From NCBI RefSeq assembly GCF_009914755.1, contig NC_060934.1: a stretch of DNA of 64,000 bases. One strand, written 5' to 3'. This document shows positions 16,796 to 30,085 of the stretch, piece after piece. The stretch is from the human T2T-CHM13v2.0 reference genome, Homo sapiens. Under the pieces are notes generated by a model that was given only the letters and a program-made list of their open reading frames with translations, ran no database searches and was not told the DNA's origin. The position numbers and the translations under genes are program-made. Position 1 is the stretch's first letter; every line of letters begins with the position of its first letter.

Positions 16796-17964
16796 TTACT
16801 GTGAAATTTCTGTATTCTGCAAGAATCCTCTTTATAATACTCTGCTTATGACTCAATACATTTCTTACTATTTATTCTTAGTATGAGCATATTGTTTGAA
16901 ATTGGTCGGTCTTTGAAAAATTAAATTCACTGCCTACTTTCTAGCATAACCCATTAAATGCTAGATAGGTGTAACCATTTGGAAACTGGATTTGAGCTGG
17001 TGGTGTTATCCATTCTAATCCTCTTGGCTTTCTTTTTCTGGTATTCCAGTAGTTTCTAAGTTACGCTCATCCATTCAAGCAGCATTTACCCATTTGTGAG
17101 AAATAATTGTTCTCTTGCAAGAAATACGTTTTGCGCTTGTGAAATTCCCAGTAAGAACTGCTGTCAGCTTGAGTGGACAAAGTAAAACCTACCTGAAATG
17201 GCGATTGTTTGATGTGACTGGGGCATCTTCCCTTCTAAGTGTCACGTCAGGCAAACGATGCTATAGCTACTCTGGGTTTTTGTTGTATCCTGTCTCAAAA
17301 TAGACATAAAATAATATCTCTAATCCTTGTGCACTTTGGGTTACAGTCCCACATGTCAAAATAAAAGCCAGCCGGGAATTGCTGGAAGTCTCACGAAACG
17401 TCCTCTCCCCGCGGTGATGCACCCTCCCTCTAGACTGACCAGTCCACACCTGTGGTGATGCATTCTGAGAGACAGCCAGTGAAAGTAGCTCTTTGCCAGT
17501 CATGTAAGCCCAGTCTGGACATGTATGGATCCTTAATGAGCTGTCAAGAGTCACAAGAGCATTTCAGAAAAAAAAAAATTTGAATTTCAAGTGTTTCGTG
17601 AACTTTACTACTACAGTAATACACTGAAATTTTTGTGATTTTCACTGGTGAGTGGGGGGAAAAGGTTTTTTTTCTTGTTTTCTTTGTTATCTACATAATG
17701 AAAGGGGGCATCGTGGAGATGATTCCAAAGAATGGGTAATGTTGTTGTCATTTACAACTTTGGAATGCCGTTTGTGGTTTTTCTTTGGGCAGTCAATTTT
17801 TTTTTTTAAGTGAGATTTTCTTTCACTTGTTTCCCTTTTCTGAGCTGCCAACAACCCCTGGTACCATAGGAGCAAAGCAATCTGCTTAAGAAAGTTTGAA
17901 GTCTAATCTTCATGTAAATCACCAAATAATAATGCTAATGGCAATGGTGCTGATGTTCCCAGCT

Positions 17965-18300
17965 AAGGTTTATTGATCACTCACTATGTACCTGGTGGTT
18001 TTATAAGTTCCTTCATTTTCTTGTCTATAGAATGATGAGAACCATAGTATCTATGTCAAGGATTTGCTGTGAAAATTTAGTACAGACAGAGTATTTGAAA
18101 TGACGCTGGACACATAAAAACACATTAGCTATTATTACCATGTGTAAGCTCATTTAATCTTTATAACAATTCTCTAAGGTTGGTGCTATCATTGACATCA
18201 TTTTACAGATGAGGAAACTGAAGGGCAGATGAAATAACTTGCCCAAGATCACACTAATAAGTGGCAGAGCCAGGAATAGAACTCCGGTAGTCTGAGTCCT
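17965..18300. mobile_element. MIR fragments in both orientations
   Basis: MIR core cattttacagatgaggaaactgaagg...aacttgcccaagatcacac on the - strand, plus a + strand piece at about 18015-18135. Confidence 0.75.
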
Positions 18301-20199
18301 GATCAAACCTGCTCAGATTGTTGGAGTTTCTCTATTTTACTATTTTTCTTTATTCTTTACTCTATTTTTCTTTTTATTTTACTAGCTTCATAATTCCAAG
18401 AGGCTTTTAATGGCTTAGAATTATTTATATTTGCATATGATTAAAGCTCGTAGGATCTATGATTAATTGACTGTGTGTGTTTGCTCAAGTTACTATACAT
18501 CCCTGTATTTTAATCCTTAGCTGCAAAAGAAAGGAGATGAACTAAATGATCTCTAAGGATCTTCCCAATACTATGAGCATCCCATAAGCCTATAAGCTTT
18601 ATACTCTCAAGCAATTCACCTGGTTTCACTTGACTGCCAGACAAAAGGAAATTGGTTTAAATTGTACCAGAAGGGTTTTGTGTTTTTTTTTTAATATTTT
18701 CCTGGAAATAAGGAAGTAAAAGACTGAAAAGAGAAGCTTTTAAATCTCCTTACCTAAAACTCTAAGAAAAGGGTCAGCACTACTACTTAGAATTGTCGGT
18801 GGGCTCTTATTGCTTAGAGGCTGAGCACAAAGTAGGTTATAGATTTCTTGCAGCTAAACTGCTCAATTTTTCAATGATGTTAACTCCACAGTAACTGTTA
18901 GGATTTACAGTCCTAGTCAAATAATTAGCCTGAGCACCAAGCTGTGAGCTTCGTTTCGGGAAAAGGAGGCAGACACAGGTAGCATTCACAATCCCTCCCG
19001 CGTGAGAAAAGGCAAGTATGTGAATTAAAGGTGCTCTCTGGGCTGTGGGAAGGAAGGACATCAGTGGCTCTGCTCTGGCCCAAGGCTGAATTGTGAAATG
19101 GACTGGGTTTGCTTCAAGACCCTCTAGCCATATCACATGGTACTGGGCTATTCCTGCAGGAACTCCTGTGGTCCCGAGCAGGACCTGCCCTGCCCACCCC
19201 CTGCAGCATCTAGTGCTGCTCTTTCTGTCTTTCTTTCCCTCCCAAATCCATTCCCTCAGGTCCCACACTTTGGTAGGAAAAGACCCATGATGGCTCAATG
19301 TGTAATGCCTTGTAGATAACGTTAGTGCTTTCATAGTCGCCGTCAAAACACAAGTCAAAAGTTTGACATTAGGGGAGAATTTTAGACAAAGATGATCTTC
19401 CTGGGCAGAAGGTTTCCTTATTACATGAGAGAGGAGATGGCTTCTCACCCTACTTATGGGCAAGGGCAGCCTTGCTTGGAATGGGGAGAATTAGAACTGC
19501 AAAGGGAAAATCCATTTTAAAAATTCAGGAATATGAGCAACATATTTGATGAAAATTTTAGATATATTTAGTTGTTAAAATGTTTTCATTAAATGATTAA
19601 GAAACTATATTCAGGATGTGTTCCAAGGTTCTTACAAGTTATTTAAATTAATCACAGTAGTGGCAGTGATAAAATAAGAATAATAGTAAGACAAAAATGA
19701 GTTAATGTAATGAAGAATAATAAAGTTTTATTTGTAGTGATAGAAATCTGGAGAAAATTTCTTACATTGAGTATGCTCATTAATATCCTAATTACTGAGA
19801 TACATATTTTTATTTAAAATAAAAAACAATTTAAGCAAATATTCATATCTTTTTTTTTTGAAAAATAAACCCACCCACATGTATGATTTCTCCTGATTAT
19901 TTCAGTTGGTTCTTAAGTAATCATGGAAAGATGGTATCATAAGTCTGCATTATTTGAAAGTGAAATTTTCCCTTTTACTGAAAAATTCTTTGTTTAAGCT
20001 CAGGGCAGCTTGCAATTAATTTTCAAGAACTTATTCTGTTAGAACTTCTGTAGTATATTTTAAGTAATATCATAAGAAAAGTCTTTTTTTGACATATAAA
20101 TATAATTTTCTTCCCCAATTTTATGGTGTCTGTACCCATTATGTGAAGACATGTGGCTTTTCTTGACTACTATTTCTTAGACATTATATTACACATTAC

Positions 20200-20362
20200 A
20201 CTGTTTAATCTTCACAAAGACATTGCAAGTTAAACATTATCGTATTTACTTTTCAGATAAAGACATTGTAGCTCATGAAATAAAGTGAGTTGCCAATGAT
20301 GGCACAGATTTTAATTGATGAGAAGGGATTGAAGGCAAGACATGCATGACTTCAGTGCCCAT
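20200..20362 (-). mobile_element. MIR
   Basis: tttaatcttcacaa...ttttcagataaagacattg...aagtgagttgccaatgatggcacag. Confidence 0.6.
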
Positions 20363-21399
20363 GTCATTTTGGTTTGCAAGAAAAAAGTCCTAAAGAATGT
20401 CTCTTACTCCTGTGCTACTTAATTTCTGAGGCTAGTAGGACCATGTCTTTTCCTTAGGTGTGAAAGTAAGGATCCAACAACATCCAATGAACTAAATATT
20501 TTCTTTTTTGGTTATATAATAACAGAGGACAAAATTACTTATATCTATTTTCCAGGAATATTTTATAATGACCATGAAAAGGTTTACAAGTGACCTTAGA
20601 TATGTCATTTAGCTGAATGATGCTAAGACTCATTAGCAGCAGAGAAGTCTGGGTGAACTATACTTTACTAACCAAGATATATGGTATATTGCCAAACTTG
20701 CTTTTCAGCTTTTGCTTTTTGTTGCTATTAATATCGGATCTTATCATCATCATCATCTCTCAGGAGAGTCAAACATTTATTGAGTTCCTAGTATTCTATA
20801 GGCATTCTAAGACCCCTTAGCTTCTGACATGAATATCTGAATAATCTAAACATTCTGGATCCACTTAATGCTGAAACAAATTCTCAGGGCAAATGTGATC
20901 CTTGAAGATAACTTAGGATTGTTCCAGCCTTCCAGAAGTTCTCCAACTCCCATTCCCAAATACCAACTTGTCTCCCATAAGCTGAGCCAGAACCAAGTGG
21001 TTTCTGAATATTAAACCAGAGTTTGATTGGCTATTTGTATTTCTAAATACGTTTTGATGAAAATTGCGTTACATTTATTTGTGTCTTCATTTAAAAGCTT
21101 CCAAAATACCATCAATACATATTACAAATTGTTTTAGGTTATGTTGAATTGACAAATCTGGGTAATTTGTATAGCATTGAAAATATCCTATTCTTAAAGG
21201 TCAAATAAACATAATTATACAAATCTACAGGCTTTATGGCATTATATGCAGTTATTTTGATGATACCATATTTATTTATAATTATTTCATGTAAGTCAAT
21301 ATTCTGGCTTACTGTTTCCAAAATGACTTATTTTGGTTGTTTTAAGAGTATACTGGATAATGAAACCTAACGCTTTCTGTTGTCTTTTTAAAAAAATAT

Positions 21400-24300
21400 T
21401 TTTATTTATTTAGTTTTTTAATTGCTTTGTTGTTTTTAATTTTGGGGGGTTCCTAGTAGGTGTATATATTTATGGAGTACATGAGATGTTTTGATAAAGC
21501 CATGCAATGTAGGATAAGCACATCAGGGAGAATAGAGTATCTGTCTCCTCAAGCATTTATCCTTTGAGTTACAAACAATCCAATTACACTCTTTTTAAGT
21601 TATTTAAAAATATACAGTCAAGTTATTATTGACTATAGTCACACTCTTATGCTATCAAATAGTAAGTTTTATTCATTTTTTCTAACTACTTTTGTACCTA
21701 TTAATCATCCCCACCTCTCCTCCAAGCCCCCACAACCCTTCCCAGCCTCTGGCAACAATCCTTCTACTTTCTATGTCAATGAGTTCCATTATTTTGATTT
21801 TCGGATCCCACAAATAAATGAGAACATGCAATATTTGTCTTTCTGTTCCTTGCTTATTTCACTTAACATAATGATCTCCAGTTCCATCCATGTTTTTGCA
21901 AATGACTGGTTCTCATTCCTTTTTATGGTTGAATACTATTCCATTGTGTATACGTACCACATTTTTTGTATCCATTCATCTGTTGATGGACACTTAGGTT
22001 GCTTCCAAATCTTAGCTATTGTAAACAGTGTTGTAACAAACGTAAACAGTGTTGTAACAAACATAAAATTGCGACTTTCTCTTCGATATACTAATTTCCT
22101 TTCTTTTGGGAATACACCCAGCAGTGGGATTGCTGGGTCATGTGGTAGCTCAATTTTTAGTTTTTTTTTTTGAGGAAACTCCAAACTCTTCTCACTAGTG
22201 GTTGTACTAGTTTACATTCCCACCAGCAGTGTACAGAGCTTTCCTTTTCTCCACATCCTCATCAGCATTTGTTATTGCCTGTCTTTTGGATATGACCCAT
22301 TTTAACTTGTGTGAGATGATATCTCATTGTAATTTTGATTTACATTTTTCTGATGATCAGTGATGTTGAGCACCTTTTCGTATGCCTGTTTGCCATTTAT
22401 ATGTCTTCTGAGAAATGTCTGTTCAAATCTTTTGCCCATTTTTTGGACTAGATTATTATATTTTTTCCTATACTGTCGTTTGGCCTCCTTATATATTCTG
22501 ATTATTAATCCCTTGTCAGATGGGCAGTTTGCAAGTATTTTCTCCTGTTCTGTGGGTTGTCTCTTCACTTTGCTGATTGTCTTCTTTGCTGTGCAGAAAC
22601 TTTTTAACTTCATGTGATCCCATTTATCCATTTTCGCTTTGGTTGCCTTTGTTTGTGGAGTATTGCTCAAGACATTTTTGCCCTAACCAATGTCCTGGAG
22701 ATTTTCCCAATGTTTTCTTGTAGTAGTTTCATAGTTTGAAGTCTTAGATGTAAGTCTTTAATCCATTTTAATTTTATTTTTGTATATAACAAGACATAGT
22801 TCTATTTCATTTTTCTGCATATGAATACCCAGTTTTCCAGCACCATTTATTGAAGAGACTGTCTTTTCCTCAGTATATTTTCTTGACACTTTTATCAAAA
22901 GAGAGTTCACTGTAGTTGTGTGGATTTGTCTCTGAGTTCTCTATTTTTCTATTGGTCTATGTATCTGTTTTTATGCCAGTATCATGCTGTTTAGGTTAGT
23001 ATAGCTCTGTAGTATAATTTGAAATTAGTTAATGTGATTCCCCATTTTTATTCTTTTTTGCTTAGGATAGCTTTGGCTATAATTATTTTTTCTATTTATA
23101 GGAAAAATGTCATTGGTATTTTGATAAGGACTGCATTGAATCTGTAGATTGCTTTGGGTAGAATGGACATTTTAACAATATTTATTCTTCCAATCAATGA
23201 ACATGGAATTTCTTTATATTTTTGTGTTTCCTCTTCATTTTCCTTCATCAGTGTTTTATAGTTTTCATTATAGAGATCTTTCACATTTTGGTTAATTCTT
23301 AAGCATTTAATTTTATTTGTGGCTATTGTAAATGAGATTACTTTTTTGATTTTTTTCACATTGTTCACTGTTGGCATATAGAAATGCTACGATTTTTATG
23401 TTGATTTTGTATCCTGCAACTTTACTGATTTATCAGTTCTAACAGTTTTTTTTTTTTGGTGTAGTCTTTAGGTTTTTCCAAATATAAGATCATATCATCT
23501 GCAGACAGGGATAATTTGACTTTTTCCTTTCCAATTTGGATGCCCTTTATGTCTTTCTCTTGTCTGATTACTCTATCTAGGACTTCCAGTACTATGTTGA
23601 ATAACAGTGGTGACAATGGGCATCCTTGTCATGTTCCCGGTTTTACAGGAAAGGCTTTCAGTTTTTCTCTGTTCAGTATGATACTAGCTGTGGGTCTGTC
23701 ATATATGGTTTTTATTATGTTGAGGTATGTTCCTTCTATACCCGGTTTTTTTAGGGTTTTTATCATGAAGAGATGTTGGATTTATCAAATCCTTTTTCAT
23801 CATCAATAAAAATGATCATATGATTTTTGTCCTCCATTATGTTAACATGATGTATCACATTGATTGATTTGTGTATGTTGAACCAACCTTGCATCCCAGA
23901 GATAAATCCCACTTGGCCATGATGAATGATCTTCTTAATGTATTGTTGAATTTGATTTGCTAATATTTTGTTGTGAATTTTTCATCAATATCCATCAGAG
24001 ATATTGGACTGTAGTTTTCTTTTTTTGATGTGTCTTTGTCTAGTTTTGGTATCAGCATAACACTGGCCTCATAGAATGTGTTTGGAAGTATTCCCTCCTC
24101 CTGTATTTTTCAGAATAGGGCTGGTATTCATTCTTTAAATGTTTGGTAGAATTCAGCAGTAAAGCCATTATGTCCTGAGCTTTTCTTTACTGGGAGACTT
24201 TTTATTACAGCTTCCATCTCATTACTTGTTGTTGGTCAGTTTAGGTTTTGGATTTCACTCTAGTTCAATCTTGGTAGGTTGTATCTGTCTAGGAATTCAT

Positions 24301-25670
24301 CTATTCTAGATTTTCCAATTTATTGGCATATAGTTGCTCATAGTAGCCACTAATGATCCTTTGAATTTCTGCAGTATCAGTTGTAATGTCTCCTTTTTCA
24401 TTTCTGATTTTATTTATTTATAGCTTCTCTCTCTTTTTTTCCTTAGTTACTCTGGCTAAAAGTTTGTCAATTTTGTTTGACTTTTCAAAAAAACAACTTT
24501 TTGTTTCATTGATCTTTTGTATTTTTTTATTGCAATTTCATTTCTTCTGCAATCTTTATTATTTCTTTTCTTCTACTAATTTTGGGTTTGGTTTACTCTT
24601 GCTTTTCTAGTTCTTAAATATGTCATGCCACTCTCTCCTGGTCCATAAGGTTTCCATTGAAAATCTGCTGCCAGACATATTGGAGCTTCATTGTTTGTTT
24701 ATTTTTTCTTGCTGCTTTTAGGATCCTCTCTCTATCCTTGACCTTTGGGGGTTTGATTATTAAGTTCTTTGAAGTAGTCTTCTTTGAATTAAATCTGTTT
24801 GATATTCTGTAACCTTCTTGTACTTGGATATTGATATCTTTCTCTAGATTTGGGAAGTTCTCTTTATTATTCCTTTGAATAAACTTTCTACTCATATCTT
24901 TTTATCTACTTCTTCTTTTAGGCCAATAACTCTTAGATTTGCCCTTTTGAGGCTATTTTCTAGATCCTGTAGGCATGCTTCATTTTTTTTTCTTTAGTTT
25001 CCTCTGACTGTGTATTTTCAAATAGGCTGTCTTCAAGCTCACTAGTTTTTTCTTCTTCTTGATCAATTCTTCTATTGAAGGACTCTGATGCATTCTTCAA
25101 TATGCCAATTACATTCTTCAGTTCCAGAATTTCTGCTTGATTCTTTTGAAATTATTTTAATCTCATCGTTAAATGTGTCTGATGGAATTCCAAATTCCTT
25201 CTCTGTGTTATCTTGAATTTATTTGAGTTCCCTCAACTCATCTATTTTGAATTCTCTGTCTGAAAGATCACATATCTCTGTTTCTCCAGAATTGGTCCCT
25301 GGTGGCTCATTTACTTCATTCGGTGAGGTCATGTTTTCCTGGACGGTGTTGATGTTAGTTGATGTTCTTTGGTGCATGAGCGTTGAATAATTAGGTGTTT
25401 ATTGTAGTTTTCACTGTCTGGGCTTATTTGTATCTGTCCCTCTTTAGAAGACTTTCCATATATTTGAAAGGACTTGGGTGTTGTGATCTAAGTTGTGTTT
25501 GCTTTAGGACATACCCCACACCTAGTAATGCTATGGTTCTTGCAGACTTACAGAAGTAGCACCCTGATGGTCTTGGACAAGATCCAGGAGAATTCTATGG
25601 ATTACCAGGCAAAGACTTGTGTTCTCTTTCCTTGCTTTCTCCCAAACAGAGTCTCATTCTGTGTTCTGAA
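21400..25670 (-). mobile_element. L1MA (L1MA1/2-like), about 4.3 kb, with an internal deletion joining ORF1 to mid-ORF2
   Basis: 3'UTR agtaggtgtatatatttatggagtacatgagatg; ORF2p peptides ([25 protein letters not shown]); ORF1p peptide at 24623-24895 (ENFPNLEKDINIQVQE). Confidence 0.92.
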
Positions 25671-26469
25671 CAATGTTGCTCTGTTGTCTTAATTATTGCT
25701 GTGTCATTAATATTTATATATTAATTCCCCCTAAACTTGCAAATTTTACACATTTACTTCCCCCAAGATGTCCATGTCCTTCTGAAGTCTGTATTAAGGA
25801 TCCCAGGAGTAAGAGTACTGAGCAAGACATTCATGGTAAAACAAAACAAAAACAAAAAGATTTAATCTAAAGCCCAAATAAGTGACTTGTGGCAAATCCA
25901 TGATAATGTCCCCCACCACTACTGGGCTTTGATTTTTAGACAGAGTAGCAGGTCCTCAGGCACTCACCTAGTCCAAGGAGCTAGATGGGACAAATCCGTG
26001 ATCTGCATGGTGCCATCCTGTCTGTCTGGTTTTATTGACATTATACAGGGCTTACGCTGGGCAGTCCATAGAGCTTGTTTCTATAGGCAGTATTTAAGAC
26101 TTAGCATTTAAAAACATCTTTTTGTTTTCCCCTCTGTATTTTTGCAGCCTTATTTTAATTAATTTCTTGCTCCACTTTCCAACTTCTTCTAATCCTAGAT
26201 TCATAACTGATATGTATTGGCTCATAGACTTTGGCTCTGCAAAGTAAATTTAATACAGCTTGGATTCAAAACCATGTAATTTCGGTTGAAGAGCTCATAT
26301 GTCTGATCACTCATTACATTCAGTTCACAACAAGGCTAAGAGTAGAGTTTTATGTTGTGCAGGGACACACAGGAAACACATCACACACACCACAGAAATG
26401 CATTTTTGAAACAAACCAGTCAATAATCTTCCTTTTAGTTTATTAAAAAACTGCTCAGGGGTGCTACCG

Positions 26470-26517
26470 TGATACAAGTTTACCTTGCTGTAATTCTGGC
26501 ATGATAAACTTGTATCA
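26470..26517. repeat. Inverted repeat, 19-bp arms (2 mismatches), 10-nt spacer
   Basis: tgatacaagtttaccttgc / tgtaattctg / gcatgataaacttgtatca. Confidence 0.9.
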
Positions 26518-28430
26518 TAGTTGTTACTATTTTCATAAAGAGCAATTCTCTAGCTGTATTAAATACCGGCTGGAAACAAGCCTGCATCATTTTCTTACCT
26601 ATTCAAGGGAGTTAACATTTGCTTAAGATAAGATATCTTTATAAATCTTCATAAAATCTAAATAATTGTATTTAAAATTTCCTCCACTCTCCCTGTCATC
26701 ATTCAGTGCTGCCTGTGAGCCCTCTGTGTGGTTATTATTTTCAAATTCACAAGCATTTACTTCCCTGATGAGCACTTTTCCTAAATATATGCCTTGTTGA
26801 CATGAACTGCTCAGGAAACAGAAAAAAATAACAGAGTCATGAAAAATAATGTTCTTTCCTTATAAGGGAGACAAACGGAAGAAGTAGAAAAGAAACCTTA
26901 TTCATTACTACAGCCCCATTTTGTTGTTTTTAGCTGGTCGCAGCTTACTGCCCTGACCCCTTTTGCGAAAGGTCTTCCCCAGGTCAGGACTACTGAGATG
27001 GCCCTGGCAGCCAACCTTCAGAAAAGGGATTCTCAGGAGGGCAATTTGCTAATGGAGCAACAGAAGTTGCTGATAGTTACAGAAGGAAAAGCAGAAAGTG
27101 ACTCACAGTACCCAATTCACCAACTGGATGTGTAAAAATGAAGAAGAGAACATTAATTACCAGTGAATCTAGTAGGAAATTGAGCCAAGTCTGGCATAAT
27201 TAGCCTTTTCCTCTAAAATCCTCTCTCCCTGCTTCACGTTGGCTCTGCTGAGCTGCAAAGCTAAGAATTCTGACCTGCACCAGACATCGTTTTTACTCAC
27301 AACAGACCAAGGAGTGTCTTGCTACATTTACAGAGTTTCCAAGCCTATTGGGTTCTCTTGAGCTGCTGTGGCTTGGATCTAGCTGGCCAGAGAGAAAAAA
27401 AGGAAAGAGCAGATTTTGGTGTCAGCAGCAAAACTTTTATCATGATCCTCCAGAGACAACTGCCCTAAATCTGAGCATACACACATTGTTGACCAGCACC
27501 AGAAGAAATCGCAAACGATATGAGAGCATAAGTCCTACCCACTTCGAAGCTGTCATAATTTATGCTTGTTTTTACATTATTTTCAGTGCCTTTACTGATT
27601 ATGTAAGTGAAAATCTAGTGATTTTTTTCAAAAATCCTGTGATGTGATTTGAGATGAATAGACACTTTCTGAGGTACCCGTAGAAAAATGGTATTCTATC
27701 TGCTTGGTAGAAAAGGGGGAAAAAACCATGATTCTAAGGTCAATTAACCATTTTTATAACCAATTTGTTCATAGTCATTGGGTACATTTATATACCTGGA
27801 ATAGTTCACATTCAGAAATGCTTATTTAGTAATTCGTTTAGTTAAAAGAGAACTGAAGCACTTCAGTCAGTCATTCTAAACAGAATATTTCATTGTGACT
27901 GTTTATTTTTTTGATAGCCGTTAGTGGATTTTTCTAGTTGTCCGGAAGAATTTTACTTACTAGTAAGATTTGTCTTAGACATAAAGCAGTGTTATGTCTG
28001 ATAAATTTGTTCAGGACTCTCCAAACTATTTATTCATTAAGAAGGCATTAAATTCTTAATCATTCTTGGAGGACATGATACCTGGATGTCCCAGATCTGA
28101 AGCTGGCTACAGACAAATGAGCAAGCTCACTCGACCCAGACACTTTTACCACCTCATTCCTCTGCATTCTTTCTCTGGACATAATTTAATAAGATGCATT
28201 TTAGCCTGTTTAGTTTGGTGTGTCCTAGACCTTAGCTTGAATACTAACTGTGAGTATATTTTTAAGAGGGAGGGAGCAGGAAGATGAAAAGTAAGTGCTG
28301 GATGCTGTGCATGCAGCTGTCTGTGATTTAATTTTTAAATGAGAGAATTGACCAGTTAATTAATTTATTTGGTTAAGTAATTCATTTCAAATAAATACAT
28401 AATAACCAAAGTTAAAGTCACCTAAAATGA

Positions 28431-28666
28431 CAGTTGACCCTTGAACAACACAAGTTTGAACTGCACAGGTTCACATATGCAGACTTTCTTCTGCTTCTGC
28501 CACCAGGAGACAGCAAGACCAACCCTTCCTCTTACTCCCCCTCCTCAGCCTACTCAGTGAGAAGACGATGAGGATGAAGACCTTTATGATGATCCACTTC
28601 CACTTAATTAATAGTAACTATCTTTTCTCTTTCTTAAGATTTTCTTAATAGCTTACTTTATTGTAA
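28431..28666 (+). mobile_element. Tigger2a-like fragment
   Basis: TIR cagttgacccttgaacaacac; gaagacgatgaggatgaagacctttatgatgatccacttccacttaat. Confidence 0.88.
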
Positions 28667-29052
28667 AATGGGTGTGATTTTTGTCTTGGCCTGTGATGGT
28701 CAGTGTGTTCACGGGCCACAGTGATAAAAGCATTTAAGAAGTCAAATGTAGCATCTAGAATGATTTAGATCTCACAGTTGTGTAGAAGACTAGAAAGTAT
28801 CCCTTAGTTTTCTGAAACTGTGGTTTTGTCTGAATATATATACATATATTTAAAACAAAGAAATATAATTCATGTTGATTACATTGGAATTAGAGGGAAT
28901 TTGTAGAACTGTTGTTATACCACTGGAGTTATTAGTAGAAATGGTCTTATTGAAGGTTATTATTATGTTGAAGAAATAATTTGATTTATAAATAGATTCT
29001 TATTTCCTAGAAGGCAGGTAAAAAATGTATCTGATTTTTCTATGGTGTAAAG

Positions 29053-29271
29053 CCAAGACTAGCAATCTATATTCTGCCTGCCTTATCTTGCCTACCAGCT
29101 GTTTTTGTAAATAAAGTTTTGTTGGAACACAACTACATTCATTTGTTAACATACGACCAGTGACATCTTTTGTGCTGCATTGATAGGGAAGGTTTGACAG
29201 AGACTGTGTGGCCCAGAAAGCCTAAAATATTTGCCATCTGGTCCTATACATAAGAAATTTGCCAATCCCTG
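29053..29271 (+). mobile_element. MER58A
   Basis: ctgtttttgtaaataaagttttgttggaacaca...aagcctaaaatatttgccatctggtcc...tttgccaatccctg. Confidence 0.85.
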
Positions 29272-29899
29272 ATTGGTAGCGATTTGAAGAAAATACATTA
29301 GGTTTATTTGTTTCTCATAAAATACAAGGTTCAATGTTATTTAGGAATTGAATCTAAACGTCTTTAAAGATTTCAACAATAGAAGTGGGAATTATGGTTT
29401 TTTGAAAGTGGAAAATTGAAGGCTATGTAATTTTTTCAAAATTTGGTGTTTTATGGATTTTTTCCTCTCTGTGTTAGTTAAAATTCTCCTTATCACTTAT
29501 TTTCATCACAGGCTATCGTGCTACGAAATTAAAGCCTTTAATGATGGGAATGATTTCAATAATATTCCCTTTTTTACTTTCATTTGGTTGCCAAATAGAC
29601 AAAAATTAAGAACTAGACTTAGTTGATCAGAAGTTGACTCTTCAGCTTTTAGCCATGACATTTCCTGCTGGTGTGAAATATCTTTAAAGCTTCGTAGTTA
29701 CAGATACCCTTTTGAATGGAAAATTAAAGCATATATCACCACTAAATCTAAGAACATACTGCTAAACCCAGTCTACAAAGTAGTTGGTGAGCTCATATAG
29801 AATATTAGTCAAGGCCTTTCTTGCCTTGTCAGGTTCCCAGGCTGACAAAGTGAGGCACCCACCTGGCCTTCCATTATTCCCCTTTCCATAGTATAGCAC

Positions 29900-30085
29900 T
29901 GTGCCTTGAGAGCAGCACTCCCACATCAGGGGTACTGGGCTCCAATTACTTCTCGGGCAGGTCTCGCGCATATCACTTAATTTCTCGGGTCTCACTTTTC
30001 TCATCTGTAAAAAGGAATCAAAACAGCACCACCTCAGAGAGTGAACACAAAGAATTTAGAAGCGTGACATGTTCCTAGTGTTATC
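29900..30085 (+). mobile_element. MIR
   Basis: tcacttaatttctcgggtctcacttttctcatctgtaaaa. Confidence 0.65.

Noticed and set aside
17370-17420. CpG island or promoter
   Set aside because: Only a handful of CpGs over about 50 bp, far below island criteria.
18837-19463. Longest unique-sequence ORF (208 aa, - strand)
   Set aside because: TTG start, no recognisable domain and no clear splice context; consistent with a chance ORF in a locally GC-richer patch.
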